Source: Candidatus Njordarchaeum guaymasense | GTDB taxonomy: Archaea > Asgardarchaeota > Njordarchaeia > Njordarchaeales > Njordarchaeaceae | DNA length: 32,000 nt | Direction: 5' to 3' | Assembly (NCBI GenBank): GCA_030587605.2 | Contig: JAUQYT020000065.1 | Span: 1,604-33,603 of the forward strand | In this document: positions 24,996-32,000 of the stretch, piece by piece | Position numbering within the stretch: position 1 is the stretch's first letter | Layout of the letters: each line of letters begins with the position of its first letter | Made by a program: the position numbers and the translations under genes | The notes under the pieces: model-generated | The model's database searches: none | What the model was told of the DNA's origin: nothing | Seen by the model: the letters and a program-made list of their open reading frames with translations, nothing else

Positions 24996-26675
24996 ATGCG
25001 AAAGTTTTCCATTAAGGGGGTGGACATATTCAAAAAGTGGATTGTAACTTCAGCATTACCCTATGCTAATGGAGAAATGCATATTGGTCATATTCGCTCT
25101 ACTTATCTCCCTGCTGATATTTTTACTAGATTTTTGAAGTTAAAGGGAATTCGAGCATACCATGTATGTGGTACCGATGAACATGGAACACCAATCCTAG
25201 CACGGGCTCTAAGAGAAAAAAAATCTCCTAAAGAAATTACTGACTATTATCACAGCCTAATTTTACACGCGTTAAATGGCGCTCTTATTCATTTTGATAT
25301 TTTTTCAAGAACTACAATTCCTAATCACGAAAAACTCACACAATGGTTCTATGCAGAGGCAAAAAAAGCAGGATACATATACAAGAAGGAAGTCAAAATT
25401 CTTTATTGTGAAGTCGATAAAATTGCATTGCCAGACAGGTTGGTAAAGGGAACCTGTCCCTTCTGTGGGGCACCGGATCAATATGGTGATTATTGCGAAG
25501 TCTGTGGTAGAACATATAATGCTTTTCAATTAAAGGATCCGAAATGCTCGATTTGTGGTGCAACGCCAGTGGTTAAGTATAGCAAGCATGCATTTTTCAA
25601 TCTAAGCGCGTTTACTGATAAGCTTTCAAAATGGGTTAAAGAGAAACTAAAATTAACTAAAGGGGCAAGAGAACATGTTCTACATTGGATAAAGGACGGT
25701 TTAAGAGATTGGGATATTACAAGAGATATCTCCTGGGGTGTACCTGTACCAGACATCCCTGATCAGGTCTTTTATGTGTGGTGGGATGCTCCAATTGGTT
25801 ATATAACATTCACATCCGAACTCTTTAATAAAATCGGTGAAAGATGGGAAGATATTTGGATCGATGGAACAGGTAAGATTACTCATTTCATTGGCAAGGA
25901 TATAATCTATCACCATGTACTATTCTGGCCAGCAATGCTAATGAGTGTGGGATTTACATTGCCCGATGAAATACGAGTTCGAGGGTTCGCAACTCTAGAA
26001 GGTAAGAAGATGAGTAAAAGTAGAGGCCTTTACATTAGTTTAGAAGAATTTATTAATATGTGGCCAGCAGAATATCTAAGATTCTATTGGAGCAGTTCTA
26101 CAACTGAAAGTTTAAACGATGGGGATTTCTCTCTCAGAGAATTCGAAGAGAGGATAAATAAATTATTAATTGGCGTTTTAGGTAATTTCATTAATAGAGT
26201 TCTAATATTGATTAGAAAGGGAAAGATAAGCCGCGGGGTAATTGATCAAAATATTCTATCCCGAATATTAAATCTTAAAAAGATTTTTCTAGAAAAAGTT
26301 GAAGACAATCAGCTCGATATTGGCATAAAAGTTATTCTAGAGATGGCAGATATAGGAAACAAGTATTTGAGCCAAAATGAGCCTTGGAAGGATCTGAAGT
26401 CTACTAAAGCGTCAGATACGCTTGTAACAACATTCGCAATTGTCTATACTATTTTACCTCTGTTGGCACCGTACTTACCGGAATCGACAATTAAGTTATC
26501 TAAGATGTTGGGGTTGGATGAATATCAAGTTGGCACATTCTTGGATATAACACCCAGCGAAGAAATTATTGCTGATAAAATTACACTATTTAGAGAAAAA
26601 GGATTTACTAAACCGCTATTCCAGAAAATTTCAAAGCAAGATATGGATAATCTACGAAAAAAATTAGGACTATAG
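24996..26675 (+). CDS. metG: methionyl-tRNA synthetase
   Basis: ALPYANGEMHIGH (HIGH motif), zinc knuckles CPFCGAPDQYGDYCEVCG and CSICG, KMSKS motif. Confidence 0.93.
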   Translation: MRKFSIKGVDIFKKWIVTSALPYANGEMHIGHIRSTYLPADIFTRFLKLKGIRAYHVCGTDEHGTPILARALREKKSPKEITDYYHSLILHALNGALIHFDIFSRTTIPNHEKLTQWFYAEAKKAGYIYKKEVKILYCEVDKIALPDRLVKGTCPFCGAPDQYGDYCEVCGRTYNAFQLKDPKCSICGATPVVKYSKHAFFNLSAFTDKLSKWVKEKLKLTKGAREHVLHWIKDGLRDWDITRDISWGVPVPDIPDQVFYVWWDAPIGYITFTSELFNKIGERWEDIWIDGTGKITHFIGKDIIYHHVLFWPAMLMSVGFTLPDEIRVRGFATLEGKKMSKSRGLYISLEEFINMWPAEYLRFYWSSSTTESLNDGDFSLREFEERINKLLIGVLGNFINRVLILIRKGKISRGVIDQNILSRILNLKKIFLEKVEDNQLDIGIKVILEMADIGNKYLSQNEPWKDLKSTKASDTLVTTFAIVYTILPLLAPYLPESTIKLSKMLGLDEYQVGTFLDITPSEEIIADKITLFREKGFTKPLFQKISKQDMDNLRKKLGL

Positions 26676-26691
26676 TAATTGAAGTACTACT

Positions 26692-28491
26692 TTATCCAAA
26701 GAAGTCATCTAAAGTTCCTTTTCTTCCTTTTTGTCCGGTTTTTTTAAAGGGGGCTTCTCTATTGCTCGCACTTTTTCCGCGTTTGCTAAATTCCGCTAAA
26801 TGTTCCTCTAATCTTATTTTTCCTTTTGAATCTTCGAATGCCTTAAGTAGCTTTTTACAGATACTATCTTTCTTAATAAAGTTTTTACAAAAAATTTCTA
26901 GAGAATCTTTGGAAAGATCAAGTTTGGCAAAGAATTTACCAATGTTTTCTGGTTTTTCTTTAGCAATTAGTGATAAAAACTTCAACTCATACCATGCATC
27001 TTTTCTGGAAATATGTGTATACTTAGCATATTTTTCAAGCAACGGTCGGAGTCCCTTACTCTCACCTTCACCCTCAATAAGAGTCTTTAGCTTCATAAGA
27101 CCTTCCATAATAGTCGGTTTTTCTACACGGATTCTTCGGAGAGCCCATATATTATTAACTTTTTTGCCATATTTTGTTAAGGCATATGCTAATATATTAG
27201 AGGCGTCACGGTAAGCAATTCTCCAGAGCTGGTTTCTAGATCCTACCTTATATAAATAATCTGCATAAGCTAGTAAGTCGTAAAAAGCCGATAGACCTTT
27301 TTTTCGATCCAAGAACTTGTACGCGTTTTCCCAGATCCAAAGTATTATTGTACCAAGGTCCATATCGGTAATTGCGCTTAAATTTCTGATCACATTTAAA
27401 AACGTAGAAACCTCATTCCCTGCTTTCATACTAAATGCATACCTTATTGCATCCTGCAAACTTAGCATTTCATCTCTAAATAGTGTAGGTAATACTCCTG
27501 TATAATAATAAACCTCAAGAGCCTCTATTATAGTCCTAAAATCTGGAGCATATTTAGCTAATTTTTTAATATTTTCCTCAGACATCTCTATTTTCTTTGC
27601 CTTTATTATACGATTAATTAGCTTTATTGCTTGATACTCCTGAGGTCTATCCAAAAAAACGTTAATGCATAGCCGCATTAAAAATCGAACTTTTCTGTCA
27701 TGTATTATATTTGCAGTAAGAATAATTGGAATTTTTGTTTCTTCAATTAGCTTTAAAAGCGCAGAAAAACCGCCACGATCGTCGATAGACGATAAACCAT
27801 CGACTTCATCTAGAAGAACAATTCGTGAGGGCTTACTTCCATGATTAAAAATAAACCCCACACTCTTTAGTGCTTCATTTACAACATCTTTCATTACCGC
27901 TGCATTTCTGCGATCACTAGCATTAAATTCTACAATAACGACACCTTCTTGCCACCCCAAAGCATATGCTGTTGAAGTTTTGCCAGTTCCTGGAGGGCCT
28001 ACTAACAGGAGCGGTTTATATGGAGTTAATGGGGGTATTGCTGGCGCTTGCTCCTTTATTTCATCTAAGAATTTATTCCATATTTCTTCTAGCTTGTTTT
28101 TAATCTCAGCCTCCGCATTCTTCTTTAAATCTGTTGATAACTCTTTTCCCCTTCCTACAGGCTCGAATAATTTAGCTTGATTTTCCTTACCTTTAGCAGA
28201 CATTATCGAGATCCAAGAATCAAATTTACTTCTAAAAAAAGTTTTCCACTTTGATATGTATTTTCTGGACCAATATCTACCCACATCAGTCACTATAAAT
28301 TTTCGCCATGCAGTAAAGTATGTATTTAACCAAAATTTATTCATGTTCCATAGAACAATCCATGCCCTCCACCAACCAAGAATCTGTTCTCTTTGTTTTC
28401 TTGTTAATATTACTTCATCTAGGGATCTTGGTCTAAACTGCTCGGTCCACGGCAGCCGCTTACTACTTGCTACAGACATAGAGTATCCCAT
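26692..28491 (-). CDS. rfcL: replication factor C large subunit, with a ~110-aa Trp-rich insertion before the P-loop and a C-terminal PIP-like tail
   Basis: LPWTEQFRPRSLDEV, Walker A GPPGTGKTS, Walker B LLDEVDG, C-terminal GTLDDFFG. Lies directly downstream of rfcS on the same strand. Confidence 0.88.
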   Translation of the reverse strand: MGYSMSVASSKRLPWTEQFRPRSLDEVILTRKQREQILGWWRAWIVLWNMNKFWLNTYFTAWRKFIVTDVGRYWSRKYISKWKTFFRSKFDSWISIMSAKGKENQAKLFEPVGRGKELSTDLKKNAEAEIKNKLEEIWNKFLDEIKEQAPAIPPLTPYKPLLLVGPPGTGKTSTAYALGWQEGVVIVEFNASDRRNAAVMKDVVNEALKSVGFIFNHGSKPSRIVLLDEVDGLSSIDDRGGFSALLKLIEETKIPIILTANIIHDRKVRFLMRLCINVFLDRPQEYQAIKLINRIIKAKKIEMSEENIKKLAKYAPDFRTIIEALEVYYYTGVLPTLFRDEMLSLQDAIRYAFSMKAGNEVSTFLNVIRNLSAITDMDLGTIILWIWENAYKFLDRKKGLSAFYDLLAYADYLYKVGSRNQLWRIAYRDASNILAYALTKYGKKVNNIWALRRIRVEKPTIMEGLMKLKTLIEGEGESKGLRPLLEKYAKYTHISRKDAWYELKFLSLIAKEKPENIGKFFAKLDLSKDSLEIFCKNFIKKDSICKKLLKAFEDSKGKIRLEEHLAEFSKRGKSASNREAPFKKTGQKGRKGTLDDFFG

Positions 28492-28507
28492 ATAAAAATG
28501 GTAGAGA

Positions 28508-29512
28508 TTATGCTTTGTTGCGATATTTATTACCTAAATCTGCAATATATGCTAGTAATGCTGTCAACTGAAGATAATCTGTAGCTCCCTGAGAGATTCT
28601 AAAATCGAGATCACTAATGAATTTTAGTAGATCTATTTTATCATCCAAATTCAATGTGATAACTTTATCCGAGTTCAAAATTCTGTAAAATTCCTGTAGG
28701 AGATCGCCTCCTGTTACCCCCTCCTCCACGAGCGCTCTTATTAATTCTTTTCTAGCCTTTTCAAAATCTCCTTTGAACGCATCTTTAATCATTTCCACTA
28801 CGGTTTCGGGATACACAAGACCAGCCGTCTTATATACAATTGATCTATCGATTTTTTCATTCATATATGCTACACTCTGGAGCAAATTTATGGCTTTTCG
28901 GAGATCGCCACCACATACCTCAATAATTGCTAAAATTCCGTCTTCAGATATATTTACGCCTTCTTTCTCCGCGATATACCTTATTCTCTCTGCAACGTCT
29001 TTATCAGATAATTTTCTAAACTTAAAAACCGCAGTTCTAGATTGAATTGGTTCTATTATCTTGGAGGAATAATTACAAATTAGAATAAATCTCGTTATAT
29101 CGGCATATTTTTCCATTGTTCTTCTTAAGGCATGCTGTGCTTCGCGTGTCATAGAATCTGCCTCGTCTAAGATTAGAATCTTGTATGGAATTTCCCCGGA
29201 TACTCGTGTCCTTGCAAAGTCTTTTAACTTCGTTCTAACCATATCAATTCCGCGCTCATCTGAGGCATTAAGCTCTAGAACATAATTTCTCCAATTAGAT
29301 CCATAGAGATCGTGCGCAAGAGCCAATGCTGCTGTTGTTTTCCCAGTACCTGGGGGGCCAGCGAATAGCATATTTGGTACGTTCTTAGTTTCTACAAATC
29401 TTTTTAGTGCTGCAACCACTTCCTCTTGATTAATCATTTCTGTTAACGTTTTTGGTCTATATTTCTCAACCCAAAGAACTTCTTCTAACTCAGTCGTCGA
29501 CAAAATAATCAC
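28508..29512 (-). CDS. rfcS: replication factor C small subunit (no intein)
   Basis: LWVEKYRPKTL, GPPGTGKTT, LELNASDERGID, ILDEADSMT, SRC-like CNYSSKIIEPIQSR. Confidence 0.93.
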   Translation of the reverse strand: MIILSTTELEEVLWVEKYRPKTLTEMINQEEVVAALKRFVETKNVPNMLFAGPPGTGKTTAALALAHDLYGSNWRNYVLELNASDERGIDMVRTKLKDFARTRVSGEIPYKILILDEADSMTREAQHALRRTMEKYADITRFILICNYSSKIIEPIQSRTAVFKFRKLSDKDVAERIRYIAEKEGVNISEDGILAIIEVCGGDLRKAINLLQSVAYMNEKIDRSIVYKTAGLVYPETVVEMIKDAFKGDFEKARKELIRALVEEGVTGGDLLQEFYRILNSDKVITLNLDDKIDLLKFISDLDFRISQGATDYLQLTALLAYIADLGNKYRNKA

Positions 29513-29705
29513 CAGGTTATATTTAGTAGAACAGCTTTATTTTTACATAGCATTATGTATCACTGTCTAATAATTTAAAATAACACCTAGGAATCAATAT
29601 ATTTACACATATGTTATGTTGCTTATTAAAGATATCTACCATCAATTTTTTTATTATTGCCAAAATATTTTTGGTCTGGGGCTGTATTTGATGGAGGTCT
29701 AGTTT

Positions 29706-30041
29706 TTGAAAAAAGCGGACATTAATGAGATCGATATTGTTCTTTTTGAGCCTATTATTCCCGGCACGTTGATTGGTAAAGAAGTAATCGATAATAACGC
29801 TAGAAGGCTAGGCATTGTTAAAGGAATTAGACTAAAATATCCGCCTTTAAAGCTTTTTCTAGTTGTGAGAGGGAAAGACTCTGAGGAAAATATACCCTTT
29901 GATAGTATTGATAAAATTGGAACTATAATAAAGCTTAAGACAAGCATAACTAAAGATGAAATCGACATACACGAGGTATTAATGATCCTGGAGAATATTC
30001 GCAAAGAGATTTCTTCATTATTTAAATTATCAGGGCTATAA
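29706..30041 (+). CDS. PRC-barrel domain protein
   Basis: LIGKEVIDNNARRLGIVKGIRL......LVVRGKDSEENIPFDSIDKIGTIIKL fits the PRC-barrel pattern. TTG start lies 8 nt after GGAGGT. Confidence 0.55.
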   Translation: MKKADINEIDIVLFEPIIPGTLIGKEVIDNNARRLGIVKGIRLKYPPLKLFLVVRGKDSEENIPFDSIDKIGTIIKLKTSITKDEIDIHEVLMILENIRKEISSLFKLSGL

Positions 30042-30125
30042 TATCCTACCACAATAGAGTAGAATACTAAGAACTTTTAGAGCACAAAAATCTGGAAGGG
30101 TTTATAGAGCAAAATTTGATATTCG

Positions 30126-30515
30126 GTGATACTAATGAACAGAAAAGTTGAATTAAGAGGCCATGTTTTCTCGGGCATCGGCGAAGGTAGAATCTACGTA
30201 ACAAAGAATCCATATCATAGCTTATTTAGGGCCTTACTAGAAGGCGCGCCCTTTCCCGGAACATTAAATGTGATACTAGAGAAACCATGGTACTTGCTTT
30301 TTTCATTCCCGCATGTCTATAGACCTCGTGGTTTTGGGGCCATACGTTATACTTTAGGATACATCGATAATGTGGGAAAAATCGTTGTCTTAAGGCCCGA
30401 TAAAACAAGACATCCTGACGACGTAGTAGAAATTGTTTCTAGATACAATCTTCGAGAACTTCTAGGATTAAAGGATGGCTCTATTATGGAATTTTATATT
30501 TACGCTGATAGGTAA
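30126..30515 (+). CDS. ribK: CTP-dependent riboflavin kinase, archaeal type
   Basis: LRGHVFSGIGEGRIYVT..PY...F...L.G.PFPGTLNVIL matches the archaeal RibK (MJ0056-type) pattern. Start is GTG 30126 or ATG 30135. Confidence 0.7.
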   Translation: MILMNRKVELRGHVFSGIGEGRIYVTKNPYHSLFRALLEGAPFPGTLNVILEKPWYLLFSFPHVYRPRGFGAIRYTLGYIDNVGKIVVLRPDKTRHPDDVVEIVSRYNLRELLGLKDGSIMEFYIYADR

Positions 30516-30750
30516 CCACAACACCCAGTTAATTAAAGTTCTTATTACTGATTTTTGAAATATCAGAAATTCTTACGGAGTCTGGTATACATAAAACTTT
30601 AATGTTAAATTTAATCCCGTGGCAGAGATTTCACATGTATGATTTATAATAGTGTATATTTTTAAGCTAGTTTTGTAGTGTTATGAGTGCAAGAAAGGTC
30701 AATATTGAAATAATAAATAAGAGAATATATAATCCTTTGGGGTGCCTCTC

Positions 30751-31344
30751 GTGGGTAAGAATATTAAAAAAGAATCTGAAGATCTCTGGAATGAAATTAA
30801 GAGGGAGCTAGAGCATGTGACTAAGGAATACAATGAGATCCGAGAATCAGTAAATGACCTGGATCTCTTTCTTCGCGAAATAGTTAACCAAACAATTATA
30901 CTATTACAAGAGTTTCACGAAGCAATTTCCCAACTAGAACAAAAAGCAAATGAACTAGAACAAATAAAAGGAGGAAAATTAGTGCAACAGACACCAATGC
31001 AACAAATATCAAGTTCTCAGAAGATACAGTCAATTTCCACCCAACAGCAGACACAAACTCCAGAACAATCTGTAGCACAACAGAGTAATTTAACACAACA
31101 AGCGAAAGAGACCACTCCAATGACCTCCGCACCTCCTGCCAAACCCGAGAATGTACCACCACCGATCCCCCCGCCGATTCCTTTATCAAGACCTCCAACA
31201 CAATCGAGTTCCACGCCGATTCCAACACCAGGGGGAACACAATCAAGTACACCGACTCCTTCTGGTCCAAGTATTAGTCCAAGAGCTGAAATACTAGCCC
31301 AATTAAAGGAAACTTTGGCTAAAAGAAGACGAGAGCGTGGTTAA
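30751..31344 (+). CDS. hypothetical protein with an N-terminal coiled coil, a Q/S/T/P-rich low-complexity region, a polyproline tract and a basic helical tail
   Basis: The ORF is open from GTG 30742. GTG 30751 lies 6 nt after GGGGTG. The composition argues for coding on this strand: coiled-coil heptads, then QQ..., PPPIPPPIPLSRPP, ...AEILAQLKETLAKRRRERG. Confidence 0.6.
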   Translation: MGKNIKKESEDLWNEIKRELEHVTKEYNEIRESVNDLDLFLREIVNQTIILLQEFHEAISQLEQKANELEQIKGGKLVQQTPMQQISSSQKIQSISTQQQTQTPEQSVAQQSNLTQQAKETTPMTSAPPAKPENVPPPIPPPIPLSRPPTQSSSTPIPTPGGTQSSTPTPSGPSISPRAEILAQLKETLAKRRRERG

Positions 31345-31373
31345 GTAGTGAGCTTCATTATGGTGAATGGTAT

Positions 31374-31808
31374 TTGCAGATAAGTAAAGAGATGCTGTCT
31401 AGAAAAATAGAGTATATTAAGAAACAAACGCCTGAAATCTATATGGAAGCAATAAGAGCCCTAAAAGACCATAACGTCAAAAAATATATATTTAAACCAA
31501 GTAACAACGAAATTTGGCTCGTTGTGGGAAAAGAAGGCGAGTATTTAGTTGTGGATTATGAACATAACGGTGAAATAAGCTTTGCATGCTCATGTCCAGA
31601 CTATTTGTTTCATTCACTGTTTAAGACTGGGAAAAAGGGTATTATCAGACGAAGAAAATATTGCTATCACATCGTAGCGAGGATGCTTGCAGAACTTGGA
31701 AGTTTGGGAGAGGACAATTATAGTAAGTTTGTGGATGAGATAATAGAGGAAGATGCTGTTTTTCATGAGCTAATATCGGAGATAATAGCAGAGGCTCACC
31801 TTATTTAG
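31374..31808 (+). CDS. SWIM-type zinc finger protein
   Basis: CSCPDYLF...(17 aa)...CYH is the CxCxnCxH SWIM signature. Start is TTG 31374 or ATG 31392. Confidence 0.7.
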   Translation: MQISKEMLSRKIEYIKKQTPEIYMEAIRALKDHNVKKYIFKPSNNEIWLVVGKEGEYLVVDYEHNGEISFACSCPDYLFHSLFKTGKKGIIRRRKYCYHIVARMLAELGSLGEDNYSKFVDEIIEEDAVFHELISEIIAEAHLI

Positions 31809-32000
31809 TAAAATCTACCATTAGCAAAATCGATTAAACTAAAGGTTTCTTTTAATATTGATGAGAAAACAATATGTATGACCCTCTTCTGTTTTCCTGT
31901 TTTTCGTAAATAAATTCTATTATCAACAAAGAAATCCCATAAATCACCCAATGCTGGTAAGTTTATTGTGGTCTGAGAACGAACCTTCGTTAAAGACGTC
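31805..32000 (-). CDS. C-terminal fragment of an unidentified CDS running in from beyond the window end
   Basis: Minus-strand frame is open from the window edge to TAA (complement of 31805-31807): ...NLPALGDLWDFFVDNRIYLRKTGKQKRVIHIVFSSILKETFSLIDFANGRFY. No family recognised. Confidence 0.35.
   Translation of the reverse strand, partial: TSLTKVRSQTTINLPALGDLWDFFVDNRIYLRKTGKQKRVIHIVFSSILKETFSLIDFANGRFY

Noticed and set aside
26762-27214. 150-aa plus-strand ORF, together with the shorter plus-strand ORFs at 27317-27505, 27980-28180 and 28256-28495
   Set aside because: All are shadow ORFs inside the RFC large subunit gene.
28508-29512. Intein in the RFC small subunit, as occurs in some archaea
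   Set aside because: The protein is 334 aa and collinear with intein-free RfcS. There is no insertion at the P-loop.
29699-30052. 117-aa minus-strand ORF almost co-extensive with the plus-strand 111-aa ORF
   Set aside because: - The plus-strand frame has a PRC-barrel-like pattern and an SD (GGAGGT) before its TTG.
- The minus frame is S/L/I-rich with no motif.
- The choice is still only moderately certain.
30548-30566. Hairpin CTGAT-N9-ATCAG after ribK as a terminator
   Set aside because: The stem is only 5 bp with an internal mismatch. Archaeal termination mainly uses T-runs, so it is not reported as a feature.
30896-31270. 124-aa and 65-aa minus-strand ORFs inside the Q/P-rich gene
   Set aside because: The low-complexity region keeps several frames open. 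The plus frame has a plausible SD and start and a coiled-coil N-terminus.
1-32000. CRISPR arrays, IS/transposase genes, integrases, toxin-antitoxin or other defence islands
   Set aside because: No direct-repeat/spacer periodicity, terminal inverted repeats or recognisable mobile or defence gene families were seen. The window is core housekeeping sequence.

Overview
AT-rich, densely packed archaeal chromosomal segment made up almost entirely of housekeeping genes. No CRISPR array, IS element, integrase or recognisable defence locus was seen.

Recognisable content:
- Ribosomal proteins: P1 (C-terminal end), L11, L7Ae, S28e, L24e (missing from the ORF track), S13, S4, S11.
- RNA and translation factors: LSm, NFACT/Rqc2-type ribosome quality control protein, MetRS, Trm56, archaeal D-aminoacyl-tRNA deacylase.
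- Replication: PCNA, RFC small and large subunits.
- Transcription: TFB, TBP.
- Metabolism: a four-gene 2-oxoacid:ferredoxin oxidoreductase operon, MTAP, RibL, RibK, TatD, a phosphohexomutase.
- tRNAs: tRNA-Arg(CCU) and an intron-containing tRNA-Ile(GAU).

Several proteins have eukaryote-like signatures: a Rab-like GTPase, an MglA-like GTPase, a UEV/E2-variant domain protein, a cytosolic FG-GAP propeller and a Yip1-like membrane protein. With the low GC content, these suggest an Asgard (Loki-like) archaeon. That assignment is inference only.

The standout observation is at 9526-9676. It is a GC-rich island carrying a complete 5S rRNA whose two parts are encoded in swapped order (circularly permuted). 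The natural 5S ends are capped by a UUCG tetraloop. The new ends are flanked by a perfect 10-bp helix plus a bulge-helix-bulge splicing motif. Cutting at that motif and ligating would rebuild the canonical 5S sequence as a 124-nt circle.

Two C/D-box sRNA candidates and several lineage-specific insertions or odd domain architectures are also reported.
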